This document shows, piece after piece, positions 36,904-50,751 of a stretch of 64,000 nucleotides of DNA. The DNA comes from Octopus vulgaris (taxonomy: Eukaryota). The first letter of the stretch is position 1; each line of letters begins with the position of its first letter. Below the pieces are notes generated by a model. That model was not told the origin of the DNA and did not search any database. It worked only from the letters and a program-made list of their open reading frames with translations. Made by a program: the position numbers and the translations under genes. The stretch lies in assembly GCA_951406725.2 (NCBI GenBank), contig OX597827.1, positions 8,804,001-8,868,000 on the forward strand, in the 5' to 3' direction.

Positions 36904-38048
36904 AAGTATTCTGCCTGTTTTATGTTCAAACTGGCCAGATCTGGTCTCTCACACCAACCCTACAATATCGTTTTAAAAATTAACAGCTACCTCATCAAAA
37001 TCTCAAAGCTACAAGATAATGCATGATTAGTTCAAAACAATGTGGATAAAAAGCATTAATTTTGGTAGAATAATGTGAACACTAAAGGGTTAACCCTTTC
37101 GTTACCATATTTATTTTGAGATGCTCTGTGTTTGTTTCAATTAATTTTAAATATAACAAAGAATTTAGTAAACTAACTTAGTTATCATTCAGCTAATGTT
37201 AGGAACAAAAATTGTGACTAAGGTTTGGTGGAAAATTTTAATTCAAAACTTATGAAAACAAGACATTTGTACAACAGAGCCAGAGGTGGTTTCAGCCAAG
37301 TTGGTATCAAAAGGGTTAAGAATTGTTTCTCTATTATATATTTTAACCCTTTTGTTACCTTATTTCTGTTGAGATGCTCTGTGTTTGTTTCAATTAATTT
37401 TAAATATAACAAACAATTTAGTAAACTAACTTAGTTATCATTCAGCTAGTGTTAGGAACATAAACTGTTGACTAAGGTTTGGTGGAAAATTTTAATTCAA
37501 AACTTATGAAAACAAGACATTTGTACAACAGAGCCAGAGGTGGTTTCAGCCAGGTTGGTATCAAAAGGGTTAAGAATTGTTTCTCTATTATATATTTTAA
37601 CCCTTTTGTTACCTTATTTCTGTTGAGATGCTCTGTGTTTGTTTCAATTAATTTTAAATATAACAAACAATTTAGTAAACTAACTTAGTTATCATTCAGC
37701 TAGTGTTAGGAACATAAATTGTGACTAAAGTTTGGTGGAAGATTTTAATTCAAAACTTATGAAAACAAGACATTTGTACTTAAAAGCAAGAGCCGGTTTC
37801 AGCCGGGTTGGTAATGAAAGGGTTAATCCTTTAGTGTTCACATTATTCTGCCAAAATTAATGCTTTTTTATCCAAATTGTTTTGAACTAATCATGCATTA
37901 TTATGTAGCTTTGAGATTTTGAAGAGGTAACTGTGAATGTTTTAGAATGACATTGTAGGGTTGGTGTGAGAGACCAGATCTGGCCAGTTTCAACATAAAA
38001 CAGGCAGAATACTTTTCGCCAGATATGGCCAGTTTAAATGCTAAAGGG
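36904..38048. mobile_element. Cluster of piggyBac-type MITEs: X(+), Y, Y, Y, X(-), joined at TTAA
   Basis: X at 36904-37089 and inverted X at 37827-38048. Y copies at 37094-37315, 37347-37569 and 37601-37822. TTAA at every junction. Confidence 0.9.
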
Positions 38049-38224
38049 TTAAGTGTAGCTTGCCACACATGCATTAAGTATGTTTATCTAACTAGGGAGA
38101 GGGGAATCTTCTAGGGAGGCTTTCTACATAATGAAAATATAGATAAGTGTTGTGGATAAATATGTTAGCTGCTTACATAACTATAATGTATTCAGTTTAA
38201 TGCTTATTAACTTAATACTCATGA

Positions 38225-38848
38225 TCTGCGGCTTTATATAGCTATGGTACGACCTCACCTGGAATTTGCATCACCGGTCTGGAACCCCTATCTTGCCCAG
38301 GATATTAATCTTCTGGAAACCGTTCAGCGACGTGCAACCAAGAGAATACCCTCCATCAGGCATTTGCCATATTCTGAACGCCTTACTTCCCTGGGCATGG
38401 ATACATTGAAACTCCGACACCTGGCAGCTGACTTGGCAGACACCCATAAAATTATTAACCATCTTACAAACAATAACTCTGAGCACCTTTTCAAACTCCA
38501 CCTGTCTAACACCCATGGACATGTTTAGAAAAGTCAGAAAACAGCACAGCTCCCATGACTTTCGGAAACATTTTTTCATGCTTAAGAACTCCTGAAGCAT
38601 GGAACAAACTGCCAGCATCAGTTGTTAGTTGTCGGAGCACTGCATCCTTCAAAACTTCCATGCTTCCTGAGATTTGCCAACACTACACCTGATTTTCTCC
38701 CCTCCATACACACACAAGCATGTATCTGACTCATACACTGTTTGCTTTCCAGATATTTGTACATTACTGCATGTACTTTATATGCGCTTTCTGACAAGTT
38801 GTGGTGCACTTGAGCACTGTATAAAATAATTTCATTATTATTATTATT
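38225..38848 (+). mobile_element. 5'-truncated CR1/L2-group LINE
   Basis: VRPHLEFASPVWNPY..DINLLETVQRRATKRI....YSERL..LG..TL..R....DL...HKI...THGH is the CR1-group C-terminal motif set. (ATT)n tail. Confidence 0.9.
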
Positions 38849-39146
38849 TTTAATCATTACTTTGACTTGTGCAATGCTATAGTTTGACCCTAGTTTACAA
38901 CTATTCAAGATGGAACCCTCAAGATAGCTTCTTTGCGGTCACTTAATCCATGAGATATATCAACCATGTCTGTCATAAACTGCATTGTATACTAGACATG
39001 GACATGTTTATATGGCTTGGAAATTTGCTTGTCAACGACATGATGCCAGGTTCAGTCACACTGCATGGCACCTTCGGCAAGTGTTTGACCCTATGGCCCC
39101 AGACTGACCAAAACCTTGCAAGTAATTAGGTAGATATTAGATGCAG

Positions 39147-39202
<56 letters not shown>

Positions 39203-39221
39203 CCATCATCATCATCATATT

Positions 39222-39256
<35 letters not shown>

Positions 39257-39684
39257 TTAACACTCCTTTTCCAACATGGCATGGGTTGGATGGTGCAGCA
39301 TAAACCAATGAGTGTAAGGGTTGTGTCAAGGTCCAATATCTGCTTGTGCATGGTTTCTAGAGAAGGATGACCTTACTAACAACTTTTGTCATGCCACCAA
39401 CATTGGAGGGGTCACTAAATACCCCACAAGACAAGAACTCTTAACTAAGTGGATCAGTGTATATGTATTTGTGTGTATGTGTATGTATTTGCATATACAT
39501 ATGTATGTGTATATATATATATATACGGGTTGTGTGATTGTGTATAGAAGAATATATTAATAAAAGGAATTCCAACCTTGTCTGATTTTCACGTTTTATT
39601 TACAATATTATAATGATATAAGATAATATAATATAATAAAATAAAATAAAATAAAATAATAGAATGTTAAATGTTCATTCTGAT

Positions 39685-39729
39685 TGAACTAGTACTTTCA
39701 TGCATTGAATTCTGCAATCTTCAGGTTCA
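39685..39729 (-). ncRNA. Minimal type I hammerhead with palindromic stem III in a Penelope-like remnant at 39558-39770
   Basis: UGAAC-CUGAAGA-U-UGCA-GAAUUCAA-UGCA-U-GAAA-GUAC-UA^GUUCA. Stem I is 5 bp; U-U mismatch at 10.1/11.1. Confidence 0.75.
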
Positions 39730-40442
39730 TGTAGTAGTGGTGACAGTCATGCTTCACAATTTTTGACTGTATATATATATATATATATATATATTCGGGA
39801 CTGCAATGAGGTTATAAGGTGTTATTCAGGCACTCAACTATGAGTCCATTGTATCTTATGGCAGAAACAGCCATGAGGTAATGTTCATAACTTAATCGTT
39901 TATATTTCCATACATACATAAACACACACGCACGCACACACATATATATGCTATAGAAGCTCTCAAATCTCGACACCAAACTTTATTAGATTATCTATGA
40001 AAAAATAAAAAAACTGGACAATACTAAAGTAAGCAATCTCAAAAACTATGAATCCACAAACACTTTGCACTTTACAAGAATGAAAGACAACTCAAAATAA
40101 TGAGACTAAGATATAAGAAATTCGGAGTTGAGCATAACATATGTGTATTCCCATCATCAGCTGACCGAACAGATATCACTATGGTCTCAACACCTAGACA
40201 GTACCACTCAATATATATATATATATATATATATATGTATTGGGTTCAGTTCCATTCTGTGGGATCTTGAGCATCTTGTTTGGCCACAGGTGAGTAGATT
40301 TGGGAGATGGAAATTGAAAGAATCCTGTCATATATATAGATATACATACACATACACACACACACACACATATGATAGAGTTAATGATGTCCAACCCATT
40401 CCAGCATGGAAAAAGAACATTAAATGATGGGGATAATGATAT

Positions 40443-40481
<39 letters not shown>

Positions 40482-40579
40482 ACGGGAAAGTTTATGAAAA
40501 TAAACAAAAGACGAAGGCAGGTGGAGTACAAACAAACAAATGTATTAGTATGGCGCTCAGGAATAGAAATAGAACAAGT

Positions 40580-40615
40580 CTTTTACGTTTTGAGCCTACG
40601 CTCTTCTACAGAAAG
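40580..40615 (-). ncRNA. Variant minimal hammerhead (CUGUAGA core, G12 mutated) in a remnant at 40482-40680
   Basis: CUUU-CUGUAGA-A-GAGC-GUAG-GCUC-AAAAC-GUA-AAAG. Confidence 0.6.
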
Positions 40616-40710
40616 ATACACAGAAAAGAAACAAGGAGAGAAAAAAATGCGCATAAGAGCTAATGGTCCATCATGGCGTTCTGACTTATATGTATGTATG
40701 TATGTATGCA

Positions 40711-41290
40711 TATCTGTAATATAATATGTGACAATTATTCAGTTCCCATAATGAAACTCCGAGTTACGGATGTCAGGGCAGAAATCTGCACCGGCATCTC
40801 TTCAGTCAACGAGGCAATCAAAATATGCAGAAGAATTCGATACGGATGCCTACAATATGGATTATTCTATGTAAAACATACCTATACCATCAGGGAACTA
40901 TACTCTAAAAAACGTTTGGAGAAAATTGCAGGCATATTTTGATTGCCTCGATAACTGAAGAGATGCCGGTGCAGGTTTCCACCCCGACATCCGAAACTCA
41001 GAGTTTTATTATGGCAACAGAATAATTGTCACATATTATATTTACAGATAAATTTCTCTATTTACATAATATCGAGGTCTTACTATTACTATTAATATAT
41101 ATATATATATATATATATTGGTAAAAACGGTAAGATAACAAAAGAAAGAAAGAGACCTCAATATTATGTAAATAGAGGAAATTTATCTGTAAATATAATA
41201 TGTTGACAATTATTCAATAGCCAAGATAAAACCCTGAGTTTCGGATCCCGAGGTGGAAATCCACAACACCATCTCTTCGGTTATCTGGCC
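40711..41290. mobile_element. Three inverted Penelope-like terminal repeats, each with a hammerhead motif
   Basis: Copies at 40711-40827(-), 40932-41080(+) and 41120-41290(-). The + copy reads GAUAA-CUGAAGA-GAUG..CAUC-C-GAAAC-UCAGA-GUU^UUAUU at 40950-41010. Confidence 0.75.
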
Positions 41291-42678
41291 ATCTGAAAAA
41301 CGCTATGAAAAAAGGCCGTTATACAAAGGGAAATTACTGTGTTATAATTCCACTACTTATATAAATTAAGGTTATATATATATATATATCTTTATATATA
41401 TGTATGTATGTATGTATGCATGTATATATGTATATATGTATATCTGTGACTGATCCAAGTCAACTCAAAGCACAAAAATAGCTTAAAACAATGACTGTGC
41501 CAACGAGTCCAAAGTTATCAATCATATTCCATCGTAATTAATACAGGTACCTGAACAATGCCAAGTTGCAATGACAGTGTAGTGTATCTTGATATAGTTC
41601 TGCCGATAGACTCATTAAAATGTTCCAGAGATTAAAAAAGAGCCAAAAAAAAAAAGCACTATCAAATACAAAGCATTTGTTATCGATAGAAAAATATTGT
41701 TCTTTTCCTCTGGCTGTTATTGCTTAGCTCCAGATCAGCTCTGATATAGCAAACCTATAATCAAAGCATTCCAGCTGTGACCCTCCTAGCTAATTTGGAA
41801 TATGTAATAGTAAAATTGGTGTTTAACCAAAAGATTTTAATTAATTAAAACTACACCACTGCATTCTGTATTTAATTAATTTTAATTAATTAACATTTCA
41901 AGATGGCCTTCCTACCTTTTTTCCGTGTTTTTTTTTTTTAACCATAATTGGATATTTTGAAAATGATTATTTTCATCACTGAGATGTAATTATCATTAAA
42001 TTCAAATTTCTTTTCACACTACATAAATTAAGCTAACACTCTTTTACTGTTGTATTATTTCTGGTCATTAATTTATCATTTAACTCCATGCATGATAATT
42101 TTTTCCACCCACAAAATCCAAGATTAAATATAGGGGTGTGTATACAGCTGCAATATCTTTTCCCACCCACCTTTATTGTCAAAAAATAATAATAAAGTAA
42201 AATAAAATAAAATAATACAATAAAGCATAATTTTTTTTTATATACATATTCTTTTATTCTTTTACGTGTTTCAGTCATTTGGCTGAAGCCATGCTGGAGC
42301 ACCATCTTAAAGGGTTTTAGTCAAAGAAATCGACCCCAGGACTTGTTCTTTGTAAGCCTAGCAATTATTCTATTGGTTTCTTTTGCTGAACTGTTAAGTT
42401 ATGGGGACATAAACACCCCAGCGTCAGTTGTCAAGCAATAGAAGGGGGACAAACACAGACACAAAGACACACACATATAAATACATACATATATATTTTT
42501 TTCCACAGGCTTCTTTCAGTTTCCATCCACACACAAAGCTTTGGTCGGCCCAAGACTGTAGTAGAAGACACTAGACCAAGGTGCAATGCAGTGGGACTGA
42601 ACCCAGAACTATGTGGCTGAGAAGCGTGCTTCTTACCAAACAGCCATGCCTGTACCTATTTATCAATTTTATTTTATA

Positions 42679-43251
42679 CTAGCAATGCACCCTGGTTTTG
42701 CCTGGGAGTTAGGACCTATAGCCACATTGTTCTATTTGTTCCTGTCTTATGGGCAGAATCGGGACATGGGCAGTATGAAGCAAACAGCCCTTCTTTATAA
42801 ACATGTTTTTTGATCATTTTCTGACAAACAATGCTGCAGTTTCTGTCAACTAAATTCAGTCGCAAGTCTGTGGTTGGCCTAGGTCTATAGTAGAAAACAC
42901 TTGCCAAGATACAGTGCAGAGGGACTGAATGTCGAAGTAAACTTCTCAACCACAGTCATTCTTGCACCTAATATGTGTGTGTGTGTTTACATTTGTTGTT
43001 AAATCGCGTATTGTGTGCAGCAGTGTTGCCTCCCTAAGCTAAAAACCTAAAAATTGTGCGACGCAACCTTGTTTTTGAGATTATTTTCGTAGTAAAAAAG
43101 GGTTGTGCAAAAAACATACTTTATTTGGTAGCCAAAAGATTACTGAATCTTTTGATACTGCATATGTCAAAATCGGCAATTCAGTTTTCGAATCCATAAG
43201 GAACATACGCATACACACACACACACACAAAATCTGTTTTATATATCAAGA
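42679..43251 (-). mobile_element. Probable second non-autonomous Helitron family, interrupted by a SINE A fragment
   Basis: 5' end TCTTGATATATAAAAC. 3' hairpin CCCAGGCAAAACCAGGG followed by TGCATTGCTAG|T. Confidence 0.55.
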
Positions 43252-43684
43252 AAATGAAATATTGGTTTCAAATTTTGGCAGAAGGCCAGGGATTTCAGAG
43301 GCGGGGTAATTTGAGTACATCAACTCCAATGTTCAAATGCTACCTATTTTATCAATCCTGAAAGGATGAAGAGCAAAGTCGACCACAACTGTATTTGAAC
43401 TCAGAACACAGTATATAAAATGAAAGGTTAAAATCTAATAAATCAGATTATAGTAGATTATCTACTCTTATAGCAGTTGATTGACACTGTTGACTTTCAT
43501 CATTTTTAACATCCATTTCTCCATGCTTGCATAGGTTGGATGGAGTTTAATAATGTAGATTTTCTTCAACTTGATGCCATATCTGTCTTCAACCCTCACC
43601 TGTTTCCAAGCAGGGTTACATTTCGTCATAGTTAGACATGATCTTACAGAATATTGAAAATAAATGTCATTGCTAGTATGACAG

Positions 43685-43715
<31 letters not shown>

Positions 43716-43957
43716 CTTTATGTCTGTATTTGTCCCCCATCACTGCTTGACAACTGGTGTTGGTGTGTTTACATCTTCGTAACTATCATATATATATGTA
43801 TGTATGTGTATGTGTGTATATATATATGTATGTATGTGTGTATATATATATATATACAGAGAGAGAGAGAGAGAGTTTACGAAAAAAACAAAAGACAAAG
43901 ACAGGTGGTGTACAAAACAAACAGATGTATTAGTATAACGCTCAGGAACAGAAAAAT

Positions 43958-43993
43958 CTTTTACATTTCGAGCTTACACTCTTCTACAGAAAG
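43958..43993 (-). ncRNA. Variant minimal hammerhead (CUGUAGA core) in a remnant at 43872-44068
   Basis: CUUU-CUGUAGA-A-GAGU-GUAA-GCUC-GAAAU-GUA-AAAG. Same family as 40482-40680. Confidence 0.6.
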
Positions 43994-44154
43994 GGACACA
44001 GAAAAAAACAAGGAGAGAAACAAGGAGAGAAAAAAATGTGTGTAGTGGCTAACGATCTATCATGGTGACTCAAATTACAGGATGGAGTGAGGGGGATGAA
44101 ACACAAACCCCTACTGAGGATGGAGCACTCTGCCACAGAGAGGGGAAGATGTGT

Positions 44155-44210
<56 letters not shown>

Positions 44211-44989
44211 CTTTGTGTCTGTGTTTGTCCCCCATCACCGCTTGACGACCGGTGTTGGTGTGTTTACATCATTGTAACTTATCGGTTTGGCAAAACAGAC
44301 CGACAGAATAAGTACCAAGCTTGAGAAGTAAGTGCAGGGGTCGATCTCTTTGACTAAACTCTACAGGGCGGTGCTCCAGCATGGCCGCAGTCAAAGGACT
44401 GAAACAAGTAAAAGAATAAAGGAATGCATAGAAAACATATGCTCACAAGCGTATATTTGGCCACCTTGAAATGTTTCACATCATGCTTACATATCAGTTC
44501 TTGTATAGAATCTATACAAGAAAACGCATACAATTACATACACTTGCAAACAAACACAAACACACACACATACACACACACACACACACTCGTACACGAT
44601 ATATAATAGGCAACTGGAAGCACATAGGAATTCACACGACACAGAAAGAGAGTTAGCACATGATGTATAAAGTGGTGGAAGCAAAGGGAAAGGACAACGG
44701 TGGAAGTGGGCGGTTTGCAGTCATGAATCGTTGACCTGAGAACATTTACCTGACAAAGGAAATAGCATAGAAATGAGATTTATTCAAAAACAGTGCAGCA
44801 TTGATGGCATCGAGAAAGTTCACCTCAATCCCGTTCCTATCGCACCTTCGTGGTAATAATTGTGATCAGGTGTGAGAGCGTATGTGACCGTATGTGTGTG
44901 TGTGTGTGCGCATGTGTGTGTTTGTGTGCATATGTGCATGTGGTTTATGTTTGTATGTATGTATATATATCTTTATATGTATATATATG

Positions 44990-45021
<32 letters not shown>

Positions 45022-45212
45022 CAGAAATGAATATATGTGTGTGTGTGTATGCATTATGTATGTATATGTAAGTTTATATATATATACATGTATATATATA
45101 TATATATGTATGTATATACATATATATATATATGTATGTATGTACATACAGTATTCATACATATAAAAATATAAATATATATGTGTGTATCTGTTTATAC
45201 ATAAATATATAC

Positions 45213-45251
<39 letters not shown>

Positions 45252-45368
45252 GATATAGATATAGATAGATAGATTGATAGGTAGGTAGGTATATAGATAG
45301 ATAGATAGATAGAGATAGATAGAAAGATAGATAGATATAGATAGATGGATAGATAGATAGATAGAAAA

Positions 45369-45431
<63 letters not shown>

Positions 45432-45972
45432 TAGATATATACATATACTTATATATATGTTTATATTTGTGTGTATGTTTGCATATAGCTAACTAGCTAG
45501 CTTGATAGACAGACAGACAGAAAGACAGACAGATAGATATGCTACATAATAGAATTCTCCTACAGTGTGTGTTTCATTTTATGTGAAATAATCAAGATAC
45601 AAGAATTACAGTTTAATTCAATTTTCACCACTGCAACCATTTTCAATTCTGACACGTGTGTTTTATAACACAATTCGTCTTTTAAAAAAAAATAACTATA
45701 AATTACATACATATTTTTAATCTAAAAATTTAGAGTGTGCAATTTTTTGCATGTCATAACCAGGGAATTATTTAATTTGATTAGGACCCTAAGATCAATT
45801 TTCTAAGTTCTGTAGGCTTTGGCAGAAGTTTTATCTGCATCAGTCATTTGCTTATATGTCAATGATGTGTAGATCTATGTCTATGTGTCATTAAGTAATT
45901 TTTGTAAAGGTTCTGTGTTGAAACAATGTGACATTAACTTCTCGTTTAAATAAAGTAAATGCTTTACACATA

Positions 45973-46383
45973 CTCTTTTACTCTTTTACTCTTTTACCTG
46001 TTTCAGTCATTTGACTACGGCCATGCTGGAGCACCGCCTTTAGTCGAGCAAATCGACCCCGGGACTTATTCTTTTTGTAAGCCCAGTACTTATTCTATCG
46101 GTCTCTTTTGCCGAACCGCTAAGTGACAGGGACGTAAACACACCGGCATCGGTTGTCAAGCAATGCTAGGGGCACAAACACAGACACACAAACACACACA
46201 GGCATATATATATATACATATATACGACGGGCTTCTTTCAGTTTCCATTTACCAAATCCACTCACAAGGCATTGGTCGGCCCGGGGATATAGCAGAAGAC
46301 ACCTGCCCAAGATGCCACGCAGTGGGACTGAACCCGGAACCATGTGGTTGATTAGCAAGCTACTTACCACACAGCCCCTCCTG
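45973..46383 (-). mobile_element. SINE family A
   Basis: Reverse-complement match. Confidence 0.9.
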
Positions 46384-47185
46384 ATTGTAGAAAATGATAG
46401 TTGAAAGCCAATGTTCAACTATTTAATAGCATTTTTTTTTCTTCTTCAGTTTGCTTCAGTCATTGGGTTGCAGCCATGCTGGGGTACTGCCAGGGCACTG
46501 CTGGGGTACTGTTGGGGCACTGTTGGGGAACTGTTGGGGCACTGCCTAGAAATGTTTTAGTCAAACAAATTGACCCTAATATTTATTTTATTTCTTTCAA
46601 GTCTTTTACTTATTATGTCTGACAATTTTTGCTGTATTACTAAATTACAGGGATGTAAATAAACTAGCACTGGTTGTCAAGCACAGGCGGGGCACAAACA
46701 GCATGCCAGCGTTCCACACAGCGAGACTGAACTCAGAACTGAGTCATTGGGAAGGCAACTCCCAACTCCTTTTTTATAATGTGTCTCAAGTCAGTAGGCA
46801 AGACAACAAATCCTTGTTGGTTGGGGGTGAGTTTGTAAGAGGTTGAGTTTATAAATGTCAAGTGGATGCTATGGGAATGCTGGGTGTTGAATGTCAGGAA
46901 CGGGGCTGTTAATGTAATTTCTCAGAAATATAGAAATAAAATATTTAAACCAGGTGCAATAATTATATTTTAAACATATTAAAAAAGGAAGAGGGGAAAA
47001 CCTTGTTGGGATTAGAATATGAATAGAAATATAACATTGTGTTATCAGTGAGGTAGCAGCATGATTGATGATGTGCCAAGGTCCAATATTGTTATTTTAT
47101 TTTGCTTGTATTTGTCTTCTTTTGTGATTTCCATAAATATTTGACATAGGAAGCATAAGTCCTTGGAAATATCTAAACATGGAGA

Positions 47186-47578
47186 CAGGAGTGGCTGTGT
47201 GGTAAGTAGCTTGCTAACCAACCACATGGTTCTGGGTTCAGTTCCACTGCGTGGCACCTTGGGCAAGTGTCTTCTGCTATAGCCCCAGGCTGACCAATGC
47301 CTTGTGAGTGGATTTGGTAGACGGAAACTGAAAGAAGCCTGTCGTATATATGTATATATATATATATGTATGTGTGTGTTTGTCCCTCTAGCATTGCTTG
47401 ACAACCGATGCTGGTGTGTTTACATCCCCCGTTACTTAGCGGTTCAGCAAAAGGGACCGATAGAATAAGTACTGGGCTTACAAAGAATAAGTCCCGGGGT
47501 CGATTTGCTCGACTAAAAGGCAGTGCTCCAGCATGGCAGCAGTCAAATGACTGAAACAAGTAAAAGAGTAAAAGAGTA
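47186..47578 (+). mobile_element. SINE family A with a 12-bp TSD
   Basis: ATGGAGACAGGA on both sides. Confidence 0.9.
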
Positions 47579-48029
47579 TGGAGACAGGACATTTATAAAA
47601 CATAAGTAGGAGGTATTTTTTTTAATATTTTGTGAAAGGGGAACTGAACTACAAAAGGTCGAAGACTACTATTGTCTAAATTAGTAGTTCTCGACCATTT
47701 TTTTACCTATCGACCATTTTGGCTATCATTTCATTCTAGTGTGAAGGTGCAATGGCCCAGTGGTTAGGGCAGCGGACTCGCGGTCGGAGGATTGTGGTTT
47801 TGATTCCCAGACCGGGAATCTACCCTTGCAGAATTGTTTTAGATAACCTGTCCCTACACATCTGAACAAAAGACAGTTGACACCCTCTTGACATCTTTTA
47901 TCTTTTACTTGTTTCAGTCATTGAATTGTGACCCAGCTGGGGCACCAACTTGAAGTGTTTAGTTGGACAAATCAACCTCAGTACTTACTTTTAAACCAAG
48001 TGTTGGGACTCACAGAAATGAGGTGGCTG

Positions 48030-48594
48030 AGTTCCTTTTGAGTGTTGGGCCTCATGGAAGCAATGACCAAGACCTTTGGCATTATGTTGTGCTTGAGAAG
48101 AAGACCCATCAAGCTGAGCAAAATCACAGTCATGGCAGAGACCGGCGTCATGGAAGTGGCACCCCTGCCGGTGGCATGTAAAAATATCCATTAACCCTCT
48201 TGGAATTGTTGGTGTTAGGAAGGGCACCCAGCCATAGAAAACCATGCCAAATCAGACTGGCACAGCCTTCCAGCATGCCAGCCCAGTTAAACCTATTTCT
48301 TTATTACCCACAAGGGGCTAAACACAGAGGGGACAAAAAAGGACAGACAAATGGATTAAGTCGATTACATCGACCCCAGTGCGTAACTGGTACTTAATTT
48401 ATCGACCCCGAAAGGATGAAAGGCAAAGTCGACCTCAGCGGAATTTGAACTCCCAACGTAACGGCAGACGAAATACCGCTAAGTATTTCGCCCGGCGTGC
48501 TAACGTTTCTGCCAGCTCGCCGCCCTTTAAACCGTCCAACCCATGCCAGCATTGAAAGCAGACATTAAATGATGATGATGATGATGATGATGAT
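48030..48594 (+). mobile_element. RTE LINE 3' end interrupted by a SINE B copy (48293-48525, minus)
   Basis: DQDLWHYVVLEK C-terminus, RTE 3' UTR and (GAT)n. The SINE B copy is flanked by TTAAACC. Confidence 0.8.
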
Positions 48595-49814
48595 GTACTT
48601 ATTTTATTGGTCCCTTTGATAAAGCAATAACTTATTTCTTTAAAATTTTGGTTCAAGGCCAGGAAATTCAGAGAAAGAGTAAATCAATCGATGACAATGA
48701 CCCCCAGTGCTCAACTGATACTTATTTTATTGACCCCCAAAAAGGATGAAAAGCAAATTTAGCCTCGGTGGAATTTGAACTCAGAACATAAAGAGAGACA
48801 AAATGTTGCCAGACATTTCGCCTGGCTTGCTAATGATTCTGCCAGTTCACAGACTCACCAATAAATTATTGAATAAAAAATAAGCTTTCCTTCTCTCTCT
48901 TTCGGAGAGGCACAAGCACCTACACGCACATATACACACACGGCAGTAACTTCCGCCTGCCGAATTCAATCATAAGTAGGAGGTATTTTTTAAAAAATTT
49001 TGTGAAAGGAGAACTGAACTACAAAAGGTCGAAGACTACTATTGTCTAAATCAGTGGTTCTCGACTATTTTTTTTACCTATGGACCATTTTGGTTATCAT
49101 TTCATTCTAGTGTGGAGGCGCAATGGCCCAGTGGTTAGGGCAGCGGACTTGCGGTCGGAGGATCATGGTTTCGATTCCCAGATCAGGCATTGTGTGTGTT
49201 TATTGAGCAAAAACACCTAAAGTTCCATGAGGTTCTGGCAGTGGGTGGTAGCGACCCCTGTTGTACTCGGTCGGCTCGGGGCTATAGCGGAGAACACCTA
49301 CCCAAAGTGCCACGCAGTGGGACTGAACCCGAAACCATACAGCTAGGAAGCAAGCTCCCTAACCACACAGCCATGTCTGCGCCTTTGTTTCTAGAGAACC
49401 AAAGTATAATGGAACTAATTGAATTTCTAATAATGCACTGATTAAAACAAATTAACCTTTGGGATGTGAGCTTGTAAAGGTTATTGAACTTGCTAGAAAT
49501 AAGAACTAAATTTCCCTTCTGAGGCTAAACAACAACAACTAGATTTTTACTCGTTTTAGTCATTGGACTGCAGCCATTTGAGCACCACCTCGAAGGTCTT
49601 TTAGTTGAACAAATTGACTCCAGTAATCACCCATTACTTATTTTCTTTTCAAGTTCACTACTTATTCCATTAGTCTCACTTTGCTGAATCTCTAAGTTGT
49701 GGAAACATAAACAAACCAGTACCATTTGTCAAATGGTGGTGATGTAACTATCACAAACAAACACACACACACACACACACGCACACGCATACAACGGACT
49801 TCCTCACAGTTTCT

Positions 49815-50595
49815 TATTTCCTTATTGCCCACAAGCGGCTAAACACAGAGAGGACAAACAAGGACAGACAAATGGATGAAGTCAATTATATCGACCCCAG
49901 TGCATAACTGGTACTTATTTAATCGACCCCGAAAGGATGAAAGGCAAAGTCGACCTCAGCGGAATTTGAACACAGAACGTAGCAGCAGACGAAATACCTA
50001 TTTCTTTACTAACCACAAGGGGCTAAACACAAAGGGGACAAACAAGGACAGACAAACATATGAAGTCAATTATATTGACCCCAGTGCGTAACTGGTACTC
50101 AATTTATCGACCCCAAAAGGATGAAAGGCAAAGTCGACCTCAGCGGAATTTGAACACAGAACGTAGCAGCAGACGAAATACCTATTTCTTTACTAACCAC
50201 AAAGGGCTAAACACAAAGGGGACAAACAAGGACAGACAAACATATGAAGTCAATTATATTGACCCCAGTGCGTAACTGGTACTCAATTTATCGACCCCAA
50301 AAGGATGAAAGGCAAAGTCGACCTCAGCGGAATTTGAACACAGAACGTAGCAGCAGACGAAATACCTATTTCTTTACTAACCACAAAGGGCTAAACACAG
50401 AGAGGAAAAACAAGGACAGACAAACGTATGAAGGCAATTATATCGACCCCAGTGCGTAACTGGTACTTATTTAATCGACCCCGAAAGGATGAAAGACAAA
50501 GTCGACCTCAGCGGAATTTGAACTCAGAACGTAGCATCAGACGAAATACCGCTAAGCATTTCACCCTGCGTGCTAAAATTTCTGCCAGCTCTCCG
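49815..50595 (-). mobile_element. SINE family B, head plus four tandem 184-bp bodies
   Basis: 184-bp period. TSD CACAGTTTCT at 49805-49814 and 50596-50605 brackets the whole array, which splits an old SINE A. Confidence 0.92.
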
Positions 50596-50751
50596 CACAG
50601 TTTCTATCGATCAAATTCACTCACAAGGCATTGGTCGGCTCACAGCTATAATAGAAGGTACTTGCCCAATGGGGACTGAATCCCAAACTACAAGGTTACA
50701 AAACAAGCTTCTTAACCATACAACCACATCTGTATATATGAATTATATATG

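Noticed and set aside
39960-40160. Faint resemblance to a Penelope GIY-YIG C-terminus (W.IL...RNSEL)
   Set aside because: Too many stops and frameshifts to call by eye; needs a translated HMM search.
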